From IMG/VR virus record IMGVR_UViG_3300016466_000860: 20,000 bases of DNA; one strand, written 5' to 3'. The notes below the pieces were generated by a model. It saw only the letters and a list, made by a program, of their open reading frames with translations, did not search any database and was not told the DNA's origin. Origin of the DNA: an uncultured virus (IMG/VR IMGVR_UViG_3300016466_000860) (lineage: Duplodnaviria; Heunggongvirae; Uroviricota; Caudoviricetes). This document shows, in pieces, positions 7,014 through 16,446 of this stretch. Position 1 is the stretch's first letter. Every line of letters begins with the position of its first letter. Position numbers and translations under genes: made by a program.

Positions 7014-10000
7014 ATGTCATTTGCAAACGTAGATATCGGAACGATTCCCGGCGATGGTCGCGGAGACCCTCTCCGCTCGGCCTTCAATAAAATAAACCAA
7101 AATTTTGCCAACATTGACGTTGGCAACATAACAGTAAACGTGACCGCGCCGGTGCAGAGCGTGGCCGGACGTACAGGAAACGTCGTGCTCACGGTCAATG
7201 ATATTCCTGGTGCAGCCAGTGAAGGATATGTTGACAGCTCGATAATGGTGTCATTGGGCACAGCCAGGAACTACACTGACTTAAAAGTCAGTACAACTAT
7301 TGCCAGCACCGTGGCCAATTTGGTCTCTTCTGCCCCCGGAACGCTGGACACCCTCAATGAGTTGGCCGCTGCGCTCGGTGATGATGCAAACTTTTCAACC
7401 ACTGTGCTTGATAGGTTGGCCGGCATCGATGCCAATATCTCAACTCTAGCCAATCTTTCCACAGCCAATCTATCTTTGGTCACTGACAATCTATCGGCTA
7501 ATATTGTCAGCGAAACTGCTCGCGCCATTGCAGCCGAATCGGAACTCAGTGCTTTGATTGCCAATGCTGAGTCCAATATATCGTTGACAGAATCAAATCT
7601 CAGTGGTGAAATCGCTGCTGTTGAAAGCTCGTTGATCAATCTCATTTCGAACACCGATTCTAATCTCGCATCAATAAATGCTGACCTATCATCGGCAATA
7701 TCTGATACCAATGCCAACGTTTCTACATTAAACAGCGACTTGGCGACAGAATCCAACGTTCGTGCCATAGCAGATACCACTTTACAAAACAATATTGATG
7801 CAGAATCCAACGTTCGTGCCACAGCAGATACCACTTTACAAAACAACATCGATGGTGTATCATCGTCCTTGACTTCATTGGTTGCCAACGCAGAATCGAA
7901 CATTTCCTCTGTAAGCACATCACTCAGCAACGAAGTCACTCGTGCCACACAGGCTGAATCGGTTTTGGGCAATTTGATCGCCAACGCAGAATCGAACATT
8001 TCGTCGGTGAGTTCTTCGCTGACTTCATTGGTCGCCAACGCAGAATCGAACATTTCGTCGGTGAGTTCTTCGCTGACTTCATTGGTCGCCAACGCAGAAT
8101 CGAACATTTCCTCTGTGAGCACATCACTCGGCAATGAAGTTACTCGTGCCACACAGGCCGAAGCTGACCTCGCCAGCAACATCGCACTCAAGGCCGACAT
8201 CACTTACGTAGATTCAGCTGTGTCAAATCTAGTAGGGGCCGCACCAACTACCCTAGACACATTGAATGAGATCGCAGCAGCCCTGGGCAATGATGCCAAT
8301 CTCAGTGCAACATTGACTTCGTTGATCGGAAACGTAGAATCCAATGTCAGCAGTGTCACAGATGATCTCAGCAACGAAGTCACTCGTGCCACACAAGCCG
8401 AAGCTGACCTCGCCAGCAACATCGCACTCAAGGCCAACACCGCAGATTTGAATACTTCCAATTGGGATGCGGCCTATAGTTGGGGAGATCATGCTCTTGC
8501 TGGATATCTCACTGCTTACACAGAAACCAATGACCTTACCGCTGCGGTAGTCTGGGATACCGTACCCGACGCCTATGTCAGTTCTTCGAGCGTCACACAA
8601 CATCAGGCCAACATCACCATCACCGAAAGTCAAATTTCAGATTTACAAAATTACCTGACTTCGGTGTCTTTTGCTGACATCCAGTCCACGCCCACTACCT
8701 TGGCCGGTTACGGCATCACTGATGCTGTTAGTACTGGCGATTTCACATTCTCCAACAATACTCTAGGCGTCAGCAGCACTGATGGTGGCATCACCATCAA
8801 CGCCAATGGCCTTGGCGAAATAGTCATGAGCGACAATGTTGGTATCCGCAACGACAATCCTGGATACATGTTGCATGTTGGCAAGCAAACAGATATCACA
8901 CAGACCGGTAGCATTGGTATCTCCTACGGTGACATGAACACCCTTGCAGGAGTAGTCACAGATTCTGGAATGACCATGTACCAGATGGGCGGTGAAGTTG
9001 CACTGACCTGGGACTGGAGTGATGGTCAAGGGGCAGGCAGCAACCCCGACAGTAACCATGCACGTTTTGGTATCTTTAAAAATGGGTCACTGAGTGATCC
9101 TTGGCTGACATTCGATCGAGATGCTCCGGCTGATGTGCTGGCAGTTGACAGCCAAGGAAGACTGATCGTCACCAATGGCAGTGGTATCAATACCTCCGCT
9201 GCCGGAACTGCCTACAGTGACACCAACTTCAAGATCTTTGATCCTTGGGGCTCTTTGTTTGTCACTAATCGAAATCTGGAGTCCAACGACTCGGTAACCA
9301 CTAGCATCACCGATGTCTGCCATAGTTTTCATGCCGAGGCCAATGTCACTGAGAATTTAGCACGCACTGATCGTATCCGTGGATTCTCGTCGTCGTTGGA
9401 TATTCTACTGAATGGCTATCAGTGGGATGCCTGGAACAAATTTTCAACTGTGGCCGGGGCAAGTACTTCAGTTAAAGTCATTGGTTCAGGTTCCATTAGT
9501 CAAGTCATTGGCGGAAGCGGGTTCTCTATCATCAATGCCACCGATGGAGCATTGAATGTAGTAGATACTGCCAATGATTCCGATCCCGAGGCCGGAGAAG
9601 ATCCCGGCGTCTCCATTGGTGTCCTGGGCGGTTCTCAACTCATAGTCACTGACACCAGTGGTGTTGCTTCAACTGTTGACATCGCAGCTGGATTATCGGC
9701 TGGTGTGCTGGTTGACAATTCTGCCACCGGGGCTAGTGCTGCCACTATCACTAATGCTGTTGGACTTTATCTACCGTATCGAGCCAGTAATGCGAATTCT
9801 TGGGCTAGAGTCAACGGTACCGGTACCATCACCAATCGTTTCAGCATACACAGCGAAGATCCTGAAGCTGTTCTCAGGAACTACGGAAACATTGAGACCA
9901 ATGGCGCTGTCAAATTCAGCAATGGTCTGATTTCGTTTAAAGTAGTGGGAGTACCAACAACCAGTGTTGGACAAACAGGAGATGTTGCTGGCATGACAGC

Positions 10001-10094
10001 CAACGATGCCAACTACCACTATTATTGCACTGCCGATTTTGATGGCACAACTGATATCTGGAAACGTGTGTCCTGGAGCGCAGACACCTGGTAA
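7014..10094 (+). CDS. tail fiber-like virion protein with coiled-coil shaft
   Basis: N-terminal DIGT..GDGRGDPLRSAFNKINQNF (T4 gp9/gp10-like attachment motif); two AP.TLDTLNE.AAALG.DAN tail-fiber motifs; PTTLAGYGITDA fiber repeat; Ser/Ala/Asn-rich helical repeats. Confidence 0.85.
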   Translation: MSFANVDIGTIPGDGRGDPLRSAFNKINQNFANIDVGNITVNVTAPVQSVAGRTGNVVLTVNDIPGAASEGYVDSSIMVSLGTARNYTDLKVSTTIASTVANLVSSAPGTLDTLNELAAALGDDANFSTTVLDRLAGIDANISTLANLSTANLSLVTDNLSANIVSETARAIAAESELSALIANAESNISLTESNLSGEIAAVESSLINLISNTDSNLASINADLSSAISDTNANVSTLNSDLATESNVRAIADTTLQNNIDAESNVRATADTTLQNNIDGVSSSLTSLVANAESNISSVSTSLSNEVTRATQAESVLGNLIANAESNISSVSSSLTSLVANAESNISSVSSSLTSLVANAESNISSVSTSLGNEVTRATQAEADLASNIALKADITYVDSAVSNLVGAAPTTLDTLNEIAAALGNDANLSATLTSLIGNVESNVSSVTDDLSNEVTRATQAEADLASNIALKANTADLNTSNWDAAYSWGDHALAGYLTAYTETNDLTAAVVWDTVPDAYVSSSSVTQHQANITITESQISDLQNYLTSVSFADIQSTPTTLAGYGITDAVSTGDFTFSNNTLGVSSTDGGITINANGLGEIVMSDNVGIRNDNPGYMLHVGKQTDITQTGSIGISYGDMNTLAGVVTDSGMTMYQMGGEVALTWDWSDGQGAGSNPDSNHARFGIFKNGSLSDPWLTFDRDAPADVLAVDSQGRLIVTNGSGINTSAAGTAYSDTNFKIFDPWGSLFVTNRNLESNDSVTTSITDVCHSFHAEANVTENLARTDRIRGFSSSLDILLNGYQWDAWNKFSTVAGASTSVKVIGSGSISQVIGGSGFSIINATDGALNVVDTANDSDPEAGEDPGVSIGVLGGSQLIVTDTSGVASTVDIAAGLSAGVLVDNSATGASAATITNAVGLYLPYRASNANSWARVNGTGTITNRFSIHSEDPEAVLRNYGNIETNGAVKFSNGLISFKVVGVPTTSVGQTGDVAGMTANDANYHYYCTADFDGTTDIWKRVSWSADTW
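7747..7854 (+). repeat. two tandem, near-identical 54-bp repeats (ESNVRAxADTTLQNNIDx)
   Basis: Units at 7747-7800 and 7801-7854. Confidence 0.92.
7871..8436 (+). repeat. nested intragenic repeats encoding coiled-coil units
   Basis: Exact 54-bp tandem copies at 7981-8034 and 8035-8088; about 7871-7957 recurs at about 8075-8161; about 8135-8196 recurs at about 8375-8436. Confidence 0.9.
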
Positions 10095-10097
10095 ATA
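10092..10097 (+). promoter_or_regulatory. putative late promoter (TAAATA)
   Basis: Overlaps the fiber-gene stop codon, 21 nt upstream of ATG 10119. Confidence 0.55.
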
Positions 10098-10118
10098 TCA
10101 CGATTATAAGAGAATAAA

Positions 10119-10973
10119 ATGTCAATAAGAGAAATCAAAAATTTTCCCGTCAATTCGGGAACAGGCATGAGCATCAGAGAAGCCTTTGATGTTGTTAATG
10201 CAAACTTTAACTATCTCGCCATTGAAGCTATACCCGAGCAGGTCTCCGATGCCATTGCAGACCTTTCGGCAAATCTTTCTACCACGTTTACGGGTGGAAA
10301 TATAGCATCAGACACAAGAGTATTGTCTAATACCAACAGTATCAGCAGCAACACCGGTGCGTTAATTGTTGATGGTGGCGCCGGAATAGCTGGAAATGTC
10401 TATGTGGGTGGGTCAGTGACCGCTGATGGAGTTTCAATAACAGGAAATGTTTTAGCATCGGGCATCACAGTACTAGGTAATATTTCAACATATAATATTA
10501 ATGCTACCAATGGATCAATGTCCGTATTATCAATAACTACAGATACTATCACGGTCTCGAACTCGTCGACATTATACAATACTAAAAATAACGGAACTTT
10601 CGAAGTAGTTGGTGATGTTACTATAAGATCAAACGTTTCTATAACTGGAAATGGTGGCATCAATGTTTCTAGTCGACTCAGAGGTAACAATGTAATAGCA
10701 ACTAATACTTTATATGCCACCTCAACCATAGATAGCATAGACACAATAACCGGAGCTCTACAAGTATCTGGAGGTGCTGGAATTGTCGGCAACATCAATG
10801 TTGGCGGAAATTTAATCGTAGCAGGTGTTGCCACAGTGGGAAATTCTTATGTACCGGTTGGCTCAACATCAACAGGCACAGCAGGTCAGATATCCTGGGA
10901 TCAAAATTGGTTCTATATCTGTGTTGGCACAGATCAATGGATAAGATTCGCCAAAGACACCGGAGTGTGGTAA
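10119..10973 (+). CDS. short fiber-like virion structural protein
   Basis: N-terminal G.GMSIREAFDVVNANF and C-terminal AGQISWDQNWFYIC...W.R resemble the termini of the 7014 protein; two TGAL.V.GGAGI.GN..VGG repeats. Confidence 0.8.
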   Translation: MSIREIKNFPVNSGTGMSIREAFDVVNANFNYLAIEAIPEQVSDAIADLSANLSTTFTGGNIASDTRVLSNTNSISSNTGALIVDGGAGIAGNVYVGGSVTADGVSITGNVLASGITVLGNISTYNINATNGSMSVLSITTDTITVSNSSTLYNTKNNGTFEVVGDVTIRSNVSITGNGGINVSSRLRGNNVIATNTLYATSTIDSIDTITGALQVSGGAGIVGNINVGGNLIVAGVATVGNSYVPVGSTSTGTAGQISWDQNWFYICVGTDQWIRFAKDTGVW

Positions 10974-13900
10974 TGTCAAGGCCTCGTTGGATCACTGCCG
11001 CAGGAAATCTAGGTACCATTCCAGAGTTGGTGTTTTACGAACGAGCACTCGAAGTTACCACAGATGCCATTGGCAGCAACAACGTAGATTCCTCGGTAAC
11101 ATATTCTTTCCAGTCCGGAGAGCTTCCTCCTGGTATACAAGTGATCAGGTCCGGCCGACTGCAAGGCGTGCCAGTGGTACTAGAACCCATCACTGTTGAT
11201 GAATCACGGGAGTACAGATTTACCGTCCGTGCTACAACAACCAATAACGTGGTAGTAGATAGAACATTTACACTGACCATAACTAACGTATTTCCTCCTG
11301 TGATTGTTCCTAAAATTAATTTTTTAGGAAACGTCTTCGATGGTTCCTACTACGAAAAACAACTTTTCGCTGTGGAAGAAAATCCCAATGCTCGTTTAAA
11401 GTGGCGAGTATCACAAGGTCAGCTTCCTCCAGGAGTATCGTTGTCTGAACAGGGTTTGTTGTCAGGGTACATTTATCTCGAACCCGACGAGTACAGCAAT
11501 GTGTTAAAAGGCTACGATTCCTACGATGTCGAAGATGCTACTCGTAAAAATTTCTACGACAGAGATCCCTACGACTCGGTTGGAAAATCTCGTAATCGAA
11601 ATTACACATTCACAGTTGAAGTCAGTGATGGAGCCAACACCGATTCTCTCACTTACAATCTAGCTGTAGCTGCCAAGGGCTTGTTCACTGCTGATCAAGA
11701 TCATTTCGTCAACGGCGATATTGAACAGTGGGAAGATGGAGATTACTATCCCCGCGGGACCATAGTGAACTACAACGGCACGCTATATGTGGTCACACAA
11801 AATATCACCGCCACTTTGGCTGCTACACCAGCAAGCGCAACCGCAGGATATCAAATCTACGATTCACAAAAAATATCAATCACTGCCGACAACGATTGGC
11901 TTACAGTGGACCACGATGACAAATATCTACCAGTCATTGTGACCCCACCACAGAGTTTGCCAGTGGTGAGACAAGAAAATAATTTTGCTTTCAAATTTGA
12001 CGCTGTTGATTTCAATGGGTCTACCGATCTCGAATGGTCAATGATATCCAGCGACGGGTCGGGATTTGACAAGGACGGTAGTAGGAATTTTCCTTATTCT
12101 CAAAGGGTATATGTTCCTTTCTCCTCAGACGGAACCATCACGACTGTCACCATCGACATATCCAATTACCCCGAACCCGCTACCTACGATGTGTTTGGGT
12201 TGTTTGAACCCGACGGAGACGATTTAGACCAGGATCCTGACATAGTTGAACTCGAACTCGACAGCGATTATTTCGTCAGCGAAACAGGAACACAGGTATC
12301 TTTTGCTGAGCCATTGGCACAGGGAAAATATTATGTTGGTATTATTATGTCGTTGCCCCAGGATTTTGCAGAAAGTGGCGTGGGATTTGACTCTACAGTG
12401 TTCGACGAAGGTGAGAGTCGTTTGCCGCGAGATCTCAGCATAGACAATAATGGATGGTTGCACGGTTACCTATTACCACAGCAAGAGGAAAAACAGACCT
12501 ATCAATTCAAGGTGATAGTAAAATCTCGTGCCAATGGTATCAATGATGCACAAAAAGAATTTTACCGAGGTATATGGAAACCCAATACACAATACCAGAA
12601 CGACGATGTCATTGAATACAACAACAACTACTATGTGGTATTGACCAATCACACTTCCGAAATCGCTAAACCTCCGGGGCAACTAGATTCAGCTGCTCGG
12701 TATTCTCTTAACCAGATTCTGTATGTCAGCAACACCACTCAATTTGATCTCACAGTGTTGGGAAGCCTCACTGACCGAATCATCTGGAAAACTCCTGAGT
12801 TCTTAGGCAGCATAGTCAACGGCTCAGTGAGTGAACTAAAAATCGAAGCAGTCACTGAGATGGGCCAAGACGTTAGATACAGCCTCGTTCCCAAATCTCG
12901 TAATAGATTGCCGCAGTCACTGAGTTTGGATTTACTCGATGATGGCTTGATAATCGGGCGCACGACTTTTAGATACTTCCAGCTCGACGACGATTCCACT
13001 ACGTTTGACCGCCAACGCACACAATTTGACAATGTCTATACATTTGATGTCAAAGCTGAAACCACAAACATCAAAAAAATGTACTCTGCGGCCAAGAACG
13101 GTGCAGAATACATCGATCTCGCTTATCTAGGAAACTCATTGAAACCGGGGCAACAGATATCCGGACAAGGAATTCCAGTAGGAACCAGGATTGAAGAAGT
13201 CATTAGAACTCCTGTTGACAATCCCGGGGCCACTAGAATCAAATTGACCAGCTTGCTGATTCGTGACATCGAAGCCGGTGAACCGATCTACGTTCTCGAC
13301 GGAGTAGTTTCCTCAACGAAAACATTTAAATTGCGAGTAGACGTAGTACACAGAGAACCCTACGAAAATCTCTACTTCAAAGCCTTCCCAACCCTGCAAC
13401 AAAGACAGGATTTTTTAAGCATCATCAATGATCAAGAAATTTTTCCCAATGAATTGATCTATCGCAGGAGAGATCCCTGGTTTGGCAAGGCCACCACTAT
13501 CAAATTCTTGGCGTTGGCCGGCATCAATGCTTCTAGTCTGCCGGATTACATTGATGCCATGCGCAGAAACCATTATTGGAAACGCATAAACTTTGGTGAG
13601 ATCAAAACAGCAGTTGCCGTGGATGAATTTTACAACGTCAAATACGAGGTAGTCTATGTAGAAGTCATTGATCCCACTAATCTGTCGGGTGCAGCAGTAC
13701 GCGAACAGGTAATTCTCAATGGGGAACCCTACATTGATGAAAATGGCATAGAGCACAATGTGATCTATCCCAGTACATTTTCGAACATGAACCAAAACAT
13801 ATCTAATAACCTGGGATATCGTGCGAGAGGAGTATTCCCGGACTGGATGACATCGGTACAACCGGATAAAAATGTCTTGGGATTCCAGCGAGCAGTAGTA

Positions 13901-15214
13901 TTGGCCTACACCGTGCCTGGTGCCGCCAAGCTAATCGCATATCGACTCAAGAGCAGGAACATAAGATTCGATGACATACAATTCACCATTGACCGATATC
14001 AGCTTGATAATGCATTGAGCAAAAATTACAATACCGAGACAGGTCGTTTCAGTGACAGCAAAGAAACCACATTCGACCGCCTGATCTTGGGCCCAGGGGT
14101 GCTTGATGGCGGAGTAGTAAACTATGCTGTTGAACAACCTTTTGACTCGATCAATAAACGTACTGTGGCCTATATAAGATCGCAGGGTGGTATCGATGGA
14201 GTGAAGAATTTCACTGACGGTGATCTGTTGGTGTTTGCCCAGCAAGAAGATTATTCCATGGAAACCGGCCCCGAAGACGGATGGATCGACTACCAGAATC
14301 TCTATGTCGGAGACATTGTCAATGACGATGACATTGGTGCAGTCACTAATCCTGTAGAATTCCAGGAAATCGATGATGTCTATGGTTACGATTCATATCG
14401 TGTGATTCCCAGCATCAGAAACAAATCATTGACTGTGGAAAAACATCTGCTCCGTACCACAGCCACCGAAGGAAGCACCACTCTACAGTTACCTTACATA
14501 CTGGGATCAAGTTATGTGGGTAAAACAGTATCCGCTATCGGGGTTCCGGCAGATGCAAGAGTCATTTCTGAAGAACTAGTAGACAAAAACGAGGGTGGGC
14601 CGATCGCTGATTTAATCAAAGAAGTCACACTGAGCTCATCATTGACCCAAGACATCAACTCTGGTAGCACTATCACCTTGAGAGCTGCCATGGTCGTTGC
14701 TGCGTCTGATACCAATTTTACCATTGAAGTAGATTCTGTTCCTTCGGGTCCAATAATCGGAATGACACTGACAGGCCGTAATATCCCCAAAGACACCACA
14801 GTTGTTGGAGTTTCAGGCAATTCGTTGACCGTCAATCAGCTGATTACTGTAGAGCTCGGGGAGACCATTGGTTACGAAATACCCAATCAGCGCGGTGGTA
14901 TCTGGCGTGTGAAAATAGATGACAATGACCTAGTCACGTTGGAATTCGTCAGCGAAGTAGAAATTGGACAAAAAATCAAAGTGCAAAGTGGTCAGAGCAA
15001 TGGATTCACTTTCATGGTCTACGATACCAATTTCGCTGGCCCTCGACGCAGTTTACCAGCGTATCGTCGATGGAGTGAACAGATACAGTCCAGCACCGAC
15101 TCAACTGTTTTTGACGGCAACGGAACCAAGTTCTTTGATCGCAGAGATCGTTATCTCGATCCGGAAATCGATGATAAATATCTAAAATTCCCACAGATTG
15201 GAGTATTCACATAA
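10973..15214 (+). CDS. large virion structural protein (baseplate-like) with putative Ig-like and CBM5/12-like modules; start revised to ATG 10973
   Basis: TAATG overlap and SD GGAG; SGELPPG..G.L.G.P..Y.FTV Ig-like (He_PIG-type) repeats; W....Y..G..V.YNG..Y and WKPNTQYQNDDVIEYNNNYY modules; about 1413 aa. Confidence 0.82.
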   Translation: MSRPRWITAAGNLGTIPELVFYERALEVTTDAIGSNNVDSSVTYSFQSGELPPGIQVIRSGRLQGVPVVLEPITVDESREYRFTVRATTTNNVVVDRTFTLTITNVFPPVIVPKINFLGNVFDGSYYEKQLFAVEENPNARLKWRVSQGQLPPGVSLSEQGLLSGYIYLEPDEYSNVLKGYDSYDVEDATRKNFYDRDPYDSVGKSRNRNYTFTVEVSDGANTDSLTYNLAVAAKGLFTADQDHFVNGDIEQWEDGDYYPRGTIVNYNGTLYVVTQNITATLAATPASATAGYQIYDSQKISITADNDWLTVDHDDKYLPVIVTPPQSLPVVRQENNFAFKFDAVDFNGSTDLEWSMISSDGSGFDKDGSRNFPYSQRVYVPFSSDGTITTVTIDISNYPEPATYDVFGLFEPDGDDLDQDPDIVELELDSDYFVSETGTQVSFAEPLAQGKYYVGIIMSLPQDFAESGVGFDSTVFDEGESRLPRDLSIDNNGWLHGYLLPQQEEKQTYQFKVIVKSRANGINDAQKEFYRGIWKPNTQYQNDDVIEYNNNYYVVLTNHTSEIAKPPGQLDSAARYSLNQILYVSNTTQFDLTVLGSLTDRIIWKTPEFLGSIVNGSVSELKIEAVTEMGQDVRYSLVPKSRNRLPQSLSLDLLDDGLIIGRTTFRYFQLDDDSTTFDRQRTQFDNVYTFDVKAETTNIKKMYSAAKNGAEYIDLAYLGNSLKPGQQISGQGIPVGTRIEEVIRTPVDNPGATRIKLTSLLIRDIEAGEPIYVLDGVVSSTKTFKLRVDVVHREPYENLYFKAFPTLQQRQDFLSIINDQEIFPNELIYRRRDPWFGKATTIKFLALAGINASSLPDYIDAMRRNHYWKRINFGEIKTAVAVDEFYNVKYEVVYVEVIDPTNLSGAAVREQVILNGEPYIDENGIEHNVIYPSTFSNMNQNISNNLGYRARGVFPDWMTSVQPDKNVLGFQRAVVLAYTVPGAAKLIAYRLKSRNIRFDDIQFTIDRYQLDNALSKNYNTETGRFSDSKETTFDRLILGPGVLDGGVVNYAVEQPFDSINKRTVAYIRSQGGIDGVKNFTDGDLLVFAQQEDYSMETGPEDGWIDYQNLYVGDIVNDDDIGAVTNPVEFQEIDDVYGYDSYRVIPSIRNKSLTVEKHLLRTTATEGSTTLQLPYILGSSYVGKTVSAIGVPADARVISEELVDKNEGGPIADLIKEVTLSSSLTQDINSGSTITLRAAMVVAASDTNFTIEVDSVPSGPIIGMTLTGRNIPKDTTVVGVSGNSLTVNQLITVELGETIGYEIPNQRGGIWRVKIDDNDLVTLEFVSEVEIGQKIKVQSGQSNGFTFMVYDTNFAGPRRSLPAYRRWSEQIQSSTDSTVFDGNGTKFFDRRDRYLDPEIDDKYLKFPQIGVFT
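15175..15180 (+). promoter_or_regulatory. putative late promoter (TAAATA) inside the end of the upstream gene
   Basis: GATAAATA in the DKY codons, 35 nt before ATG 15216. Confidence 0.45.
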
Positions 15215-15215
15215 A

Positions 15216-16130
15216 ATGGCGTCATCTATAAATCCCTATAATATCAACGGTAACTATCCCGTTGCCGGACAGGACAACGACAGTCAGGGTTTCCGAGACA
15301 ACTTTACAAATACTAGAAACAATCTAGTATTTGCCAAGAGTGAAATCGAAGACCTGCAAAGTAAAGTGCTACTGAAAAGACCTTTGTCGGGTGGTTCCAC
15401 CAGCGATCCGAATTTCAACGAAATGGGCGGAACAAGAATATCTGGGCTCCAGCTCCGTGGTTGGTACGAAACACACGATCGTAAAAATCCAGCAGGCAGC
15501 GCCGTTTCACTGAATTTTAGTACTGCTAACTTTTACAGCATCGTAACTAGCGAATCCGTGACATTGACTCCCACTGGATTTCCTACTGGATCTGCGGCAG
15601 GATGGGGCAAAATAATGCTGTTGATCGAAGTCACTGATGTCGAGCACACAGTGAGCTTCCCCAACGACAAATTGCCGGCTGGCATCGCCAATGTCAAAGG
15701 ATTCAACGGAACCAATGGCATCAACTTTGATGCAGTGGGATCTTACTTTTTTGAAATCGGTTCGCACAATGGCAACGCATTCTACATCATTGACCTATCG
15801 AGGAACTACACAGATTTTTCAACCGAAGACATTGCAACCACCGATGAAGTAAGTCTCTATACTGCAACGACTACATTCGCTACATCAGCAGCCGAAACTG
15901 CCACACTGGCCGACGGTGTGAACGGACAAACAAAAACACTGATCATGACCAGTGACGGTGGAGATATGGTTGTCACAGTCGACAGTGCAGGTTGGAAGGA
16001 AAATTCTGGCTCGCCTGCGGTACCACAGTCGGGAACCATCACGTTTGACTCAGTGGGGCAATCTTGCCAATTGCAATTTGTTGGAACCAAATGGTATTGC
16101 ATTGGCAATAACGGCGCCACATTCGCTTAA
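15216..16130 (+). CDS. virion structural protein; start revised to ATG 15216
   Basis: MASSINPYNINGNYPVAGQDNDSQGFRDNF..AKSEIEDLQSK is an N-terminus typical of jumbo-phage structural proteins; beta-rich C-terminus. Confidence 0.8.
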   Translation: MASSINPYNINGNYPVAGQDNDSQGFRDNFTNTRNNLVFAKSEIEDLQSKVLLKRPLSGGSTSDPNFNEMGGTRISGLQLRGWYETHDRKNPAGSAVSLNFSTANFYSIVTSESVTLTPTGFPTGSAAGWGKIMLLIEVTDVEHTVSFPNDKLPAGIANVKGFNGTNGINFDAVGSYFFEIGSHNGNAFYIIDLSRNYTDFSTEDIATTDEVSLYTATTTFATSAAETATLADGVNGQTKTLIMTSDGGDMVVTVDSAGWKENSGSPAVPQSGTITFDSVGQSCQLQFVGTKWYCIGNNGATFA

Positions 16131-16149
16131 ATCTATTTTAACCAAATTG

Positions 16150-16181
16150 GCACCGGTGCTCTTGACAGACACCGGTGTTTT
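16150..16181 (+). terminator. intrinsic terminator after the structural operon
   Basis: GCACCGGTG-c-TCT-tgac-AGA-CACCGGTGT followed by TTT. Confidence 0.65.
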
Positions 16182-16191
16182 CGTCTAAACT
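16162..16191 (+). promoter_or_regulatory. sigma70-like promoter, leaderless
   Basis: TTGACA (16162-16167), 18-nt spacer, TAAACT (16186-16191); ATG at 16198. Confidence 0.7.
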
Positions 16192-16197
16192 CGTAAC

Positions 16198-16446
16198 ATG
16201 CATCCATTATCTACATCTCTTTCGTCGCTGAACGACGAAGAGCTACAAAAAAAATACGGAGAACTACAACGGCGTTTGATCCAAGCATCTCGATTCGGGC
16301 CGTTTGATCTGGTTCCGCAACTACAAATGTTGTTGGACGATTACCAATTTGAACTGTCAGAACGGCAGCGCCGCCAGATGGAAGCCATGGAAAAACGTGC
16401 CGAAGAATCGGGGCGAGGGTTCAAAGGAATCATTGACATCCAATGA
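16198..16446 (+). CDS. hypothetical helical protein
   Basis: 82-aa ORF coupled to the dnaE fragment by an ATGA overlap. Confidence 0.8.
   Translation: MHPLSTSLSSLNDEELQKKYGELQRRLIQASRFGPFDLVPQLQMLLDDYQFELSERQRRQMEAMEKRAEESGRGFKGIIDIQ

Noticed and set aside
7271..8203. 310-aa minus-strand ORF
   Set aside because: Antisense shadow of the repetitive fiber gene; no independent motif or expression signal.
7747..8436. Repeats as a CRISPR array or DGR template/variable pair
   Set aside because: They are in-frame coding repeats with no unique spacers, no adenine-specific mismatch pattern, and no cas or reverse transcriptase gene in the window.
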